Below, one piece after another: positions 62,245 through 64,000 of a stretch of 64,000 bases of DNA (its first letter is position 1; each line of letters starts with the position of its first letter). The position numbers and the translations under genes are program-made. Origin of the DNA: Mobula hypostoma (lineage: Eukaryota); assembly GCF_963921235.1 (NCBI RefSeq), contig NC_086099.1, forward strand, positions 1,984,001 to 2,048,000, read 5' to 3'. Under the pieces are notes generated by a model, which saw nothing but the letters and a program-made list of their open reading frames with translations, was not told the origin of the DNA and made no database searches.

Positions 62245-64000
62245 GTCCGGGGGTGGGGGTCGGGTGTGTCACTGTGGTCGGGGTGGGGGTCGGGTGTGTC
62301 ACTGTGGTCGGGGTGGGGGTCGGGTGTGTCACTGTGGTTGGGGTGGGGGTCGGGTGTGTCGCTGTGGTTGGGGTGGGGGTCGGGTGTGTCGCTGTGGTTG
62401 GGGTGGGGGTCGGGTGTGTCACTGTGGTCGGGGTGGGGGTCCGGGGGTGGGGGTCGGGTGTGTCACTGTGGTCGGGGTGGGGGTCGGGTGTGTCACTGTG
62501 GTCGGGGTGGGGGTCGGGTGTGTCACTGTGGTTGGGGTGGGGGTCGGGTGTGTCGCTGTGGTTGGGGTGGGGGTCGGGTGTGTCACTGTGGTCGGGGTGG
62601 GGGTCCGGGGGTGGGGGTCGGGTGTGTCGCTGTGGTTGGGGTGGGGGTCGGGTGTGTCACTGTGGTCGGGGTGGGGGTCCGGGGGTGGGGGTCGGGTGTG
62701 TCACTGTGGTCGGGGTGGGGGTCCGGGGGTGGGGGTCGGGTGTGTCGCTGTGGTTGGGGTGGGGGTCGGGTGTGTCACTGTGGTCGGGGTGGGGGTCCGG
62801 GGGTGGGGGTCGGGTGTGTCACTGTGGTCGGGGTGGGGGTCCGGGGGTGGGGGTCGGGTGTGTCACTGTGGTCGGGGTGGGGGTCCGGGGGTGGGGGTCG
62901 GGTGTGTCACTGTGGTCGGGGTGGGGGTCCGGGGGTGGGGGTCGGGTGTGTCACTGTGGTCGGGGTGGGGGTCCGGGGGTGGGGGTCGGGTGTGTCACTG
63001 TGGTCGGGGTGGGGGTCGGGTGTGTCGCTGTGGTCGGGGTGGGGGTCCGGGGGTGGGGGTCGGGTGTGTCACTGTGGTCGGGGTGGGGGTCCGGGGGTGG
63101 GGGTCGGGTGTGTCACTGTGGTCGGGGTGGGGGTCGGGTGTGTCGCTGTGGTCGGGGTGGGGGTCGGGTGTGTCGCTGTGGTCGGGGTGGGGGTCCGGGG
63201 GTGGGGGTCGGGTGTGTCACTGTGGTCGGGGTGGGGGTCGGGTGTGTCACTGTGGTCGGGGTGGGGGTCGGGTGTGTCGCTGTGGTTGGGGTGGGGGTCG
63301 GGTGTGTCGCTGTGGTTGGGGTGGGGGTCGGGTGTGTCACTGTGGTCGGGGTGGGGGTCCGGGGGTGGGGGTCGGGTGTGTCGCTGTGGTTGGGGTGGGG
63401 GTCGGGTGTGTCACTGTGGTCGGGGTGGGGGTCCGGGGGTGGGGGTCGGGTGTGTCACTGTGGTCGGGGTGGGGGTCCGGGGGTGGGGGTCGGGTGTGTC
63501 ACTGTGGTCGGGGTGGGGGTCCGGGGGTGGGGGTCGGGTGTGTCACTGTGGTCGGGGTGGGGGTCCGGGGGTGGGGGTCGGGTGTGTCACTGTGGTCGGG
63601 GTGGGGGTCCGGGGGTGGGGGTCGGGTGTGTCACTGTGGTCGGGGTGGGGGTCGGGTGTGTCGCTGTGGTCGGGGTGGGGGTCCGGGGGTGGGGGTCGGG
63701 TGTGTCACTGTGGTCGGGGTGGGGGTCCGGGGGTGGGGGTCGGGTGTGTCACTGTGGTCGGGGTGGGGGTCGGGTGTGTCGCTGTGGTCGGGGTGGGGGT
63801 CGGGTGTGTCACTGTGGTCGGGGTGGGGGTCGGGTGTGTCACTGTGGTCGGGGTGGGGGTCCGGGGGTGGGGGTCGGGTGTGTCGCTGTGGTCGGGGTGG
63901 GGGTCGGGTGTGTCACTGTGGTCGGGGTGGGGGTCCGGGGGTGGGGGTCGGGTGTGTCGCTGTGGTCGGGGTGGGGGTCGGGTGTGTCACTGTGGTCGGG
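62245..64000. repeat. G-rich 30-bp (+13-bp variant) minisatellite running off the window end
   Basis: GGGTGTGTC(A/G)CTGTGGT(C/T)GGGGTGGGGGTC units. Confidence 0.95.

Overview
Repeat-dense vertebrate DNA, most likely a cartilaginous fish such as a ray (inferred from the CR1/Penelope/Rex-L2/Tc1/hAT repeat mix). Most of the window is nested, decayed transposable elements and six tandem arrays; nearly all long ORFs in the track are repeat artefacts. I recognise two host genes. (1) SRP72 coding exon 1 on the minus strand (6073-5977). (2) A complete three-exon SMIM19 CDS on the plus strand (38970-39064, 43907-44031, 47427-47485; 92 aa), whose first intron opens with GC. A probable first exon of an unidentified gene starts at 62197. 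The main observation is that several arrays sit on gene control points. A ~9.5 kb CpG/CCG-rich array with a co-oriented CTCF-like motif in essentially every unit starts ~90 bp upstream of the SRP72 ATG. A 63-bp (21-codon) repeat copies the SMIM19 exon-2 end and its splice donor 13 times in frame, which could give a ladder of longer isoforms. Gene identities come from my recall of the vertebrate proteins, not from a database search; all functional roles are hypotheses.
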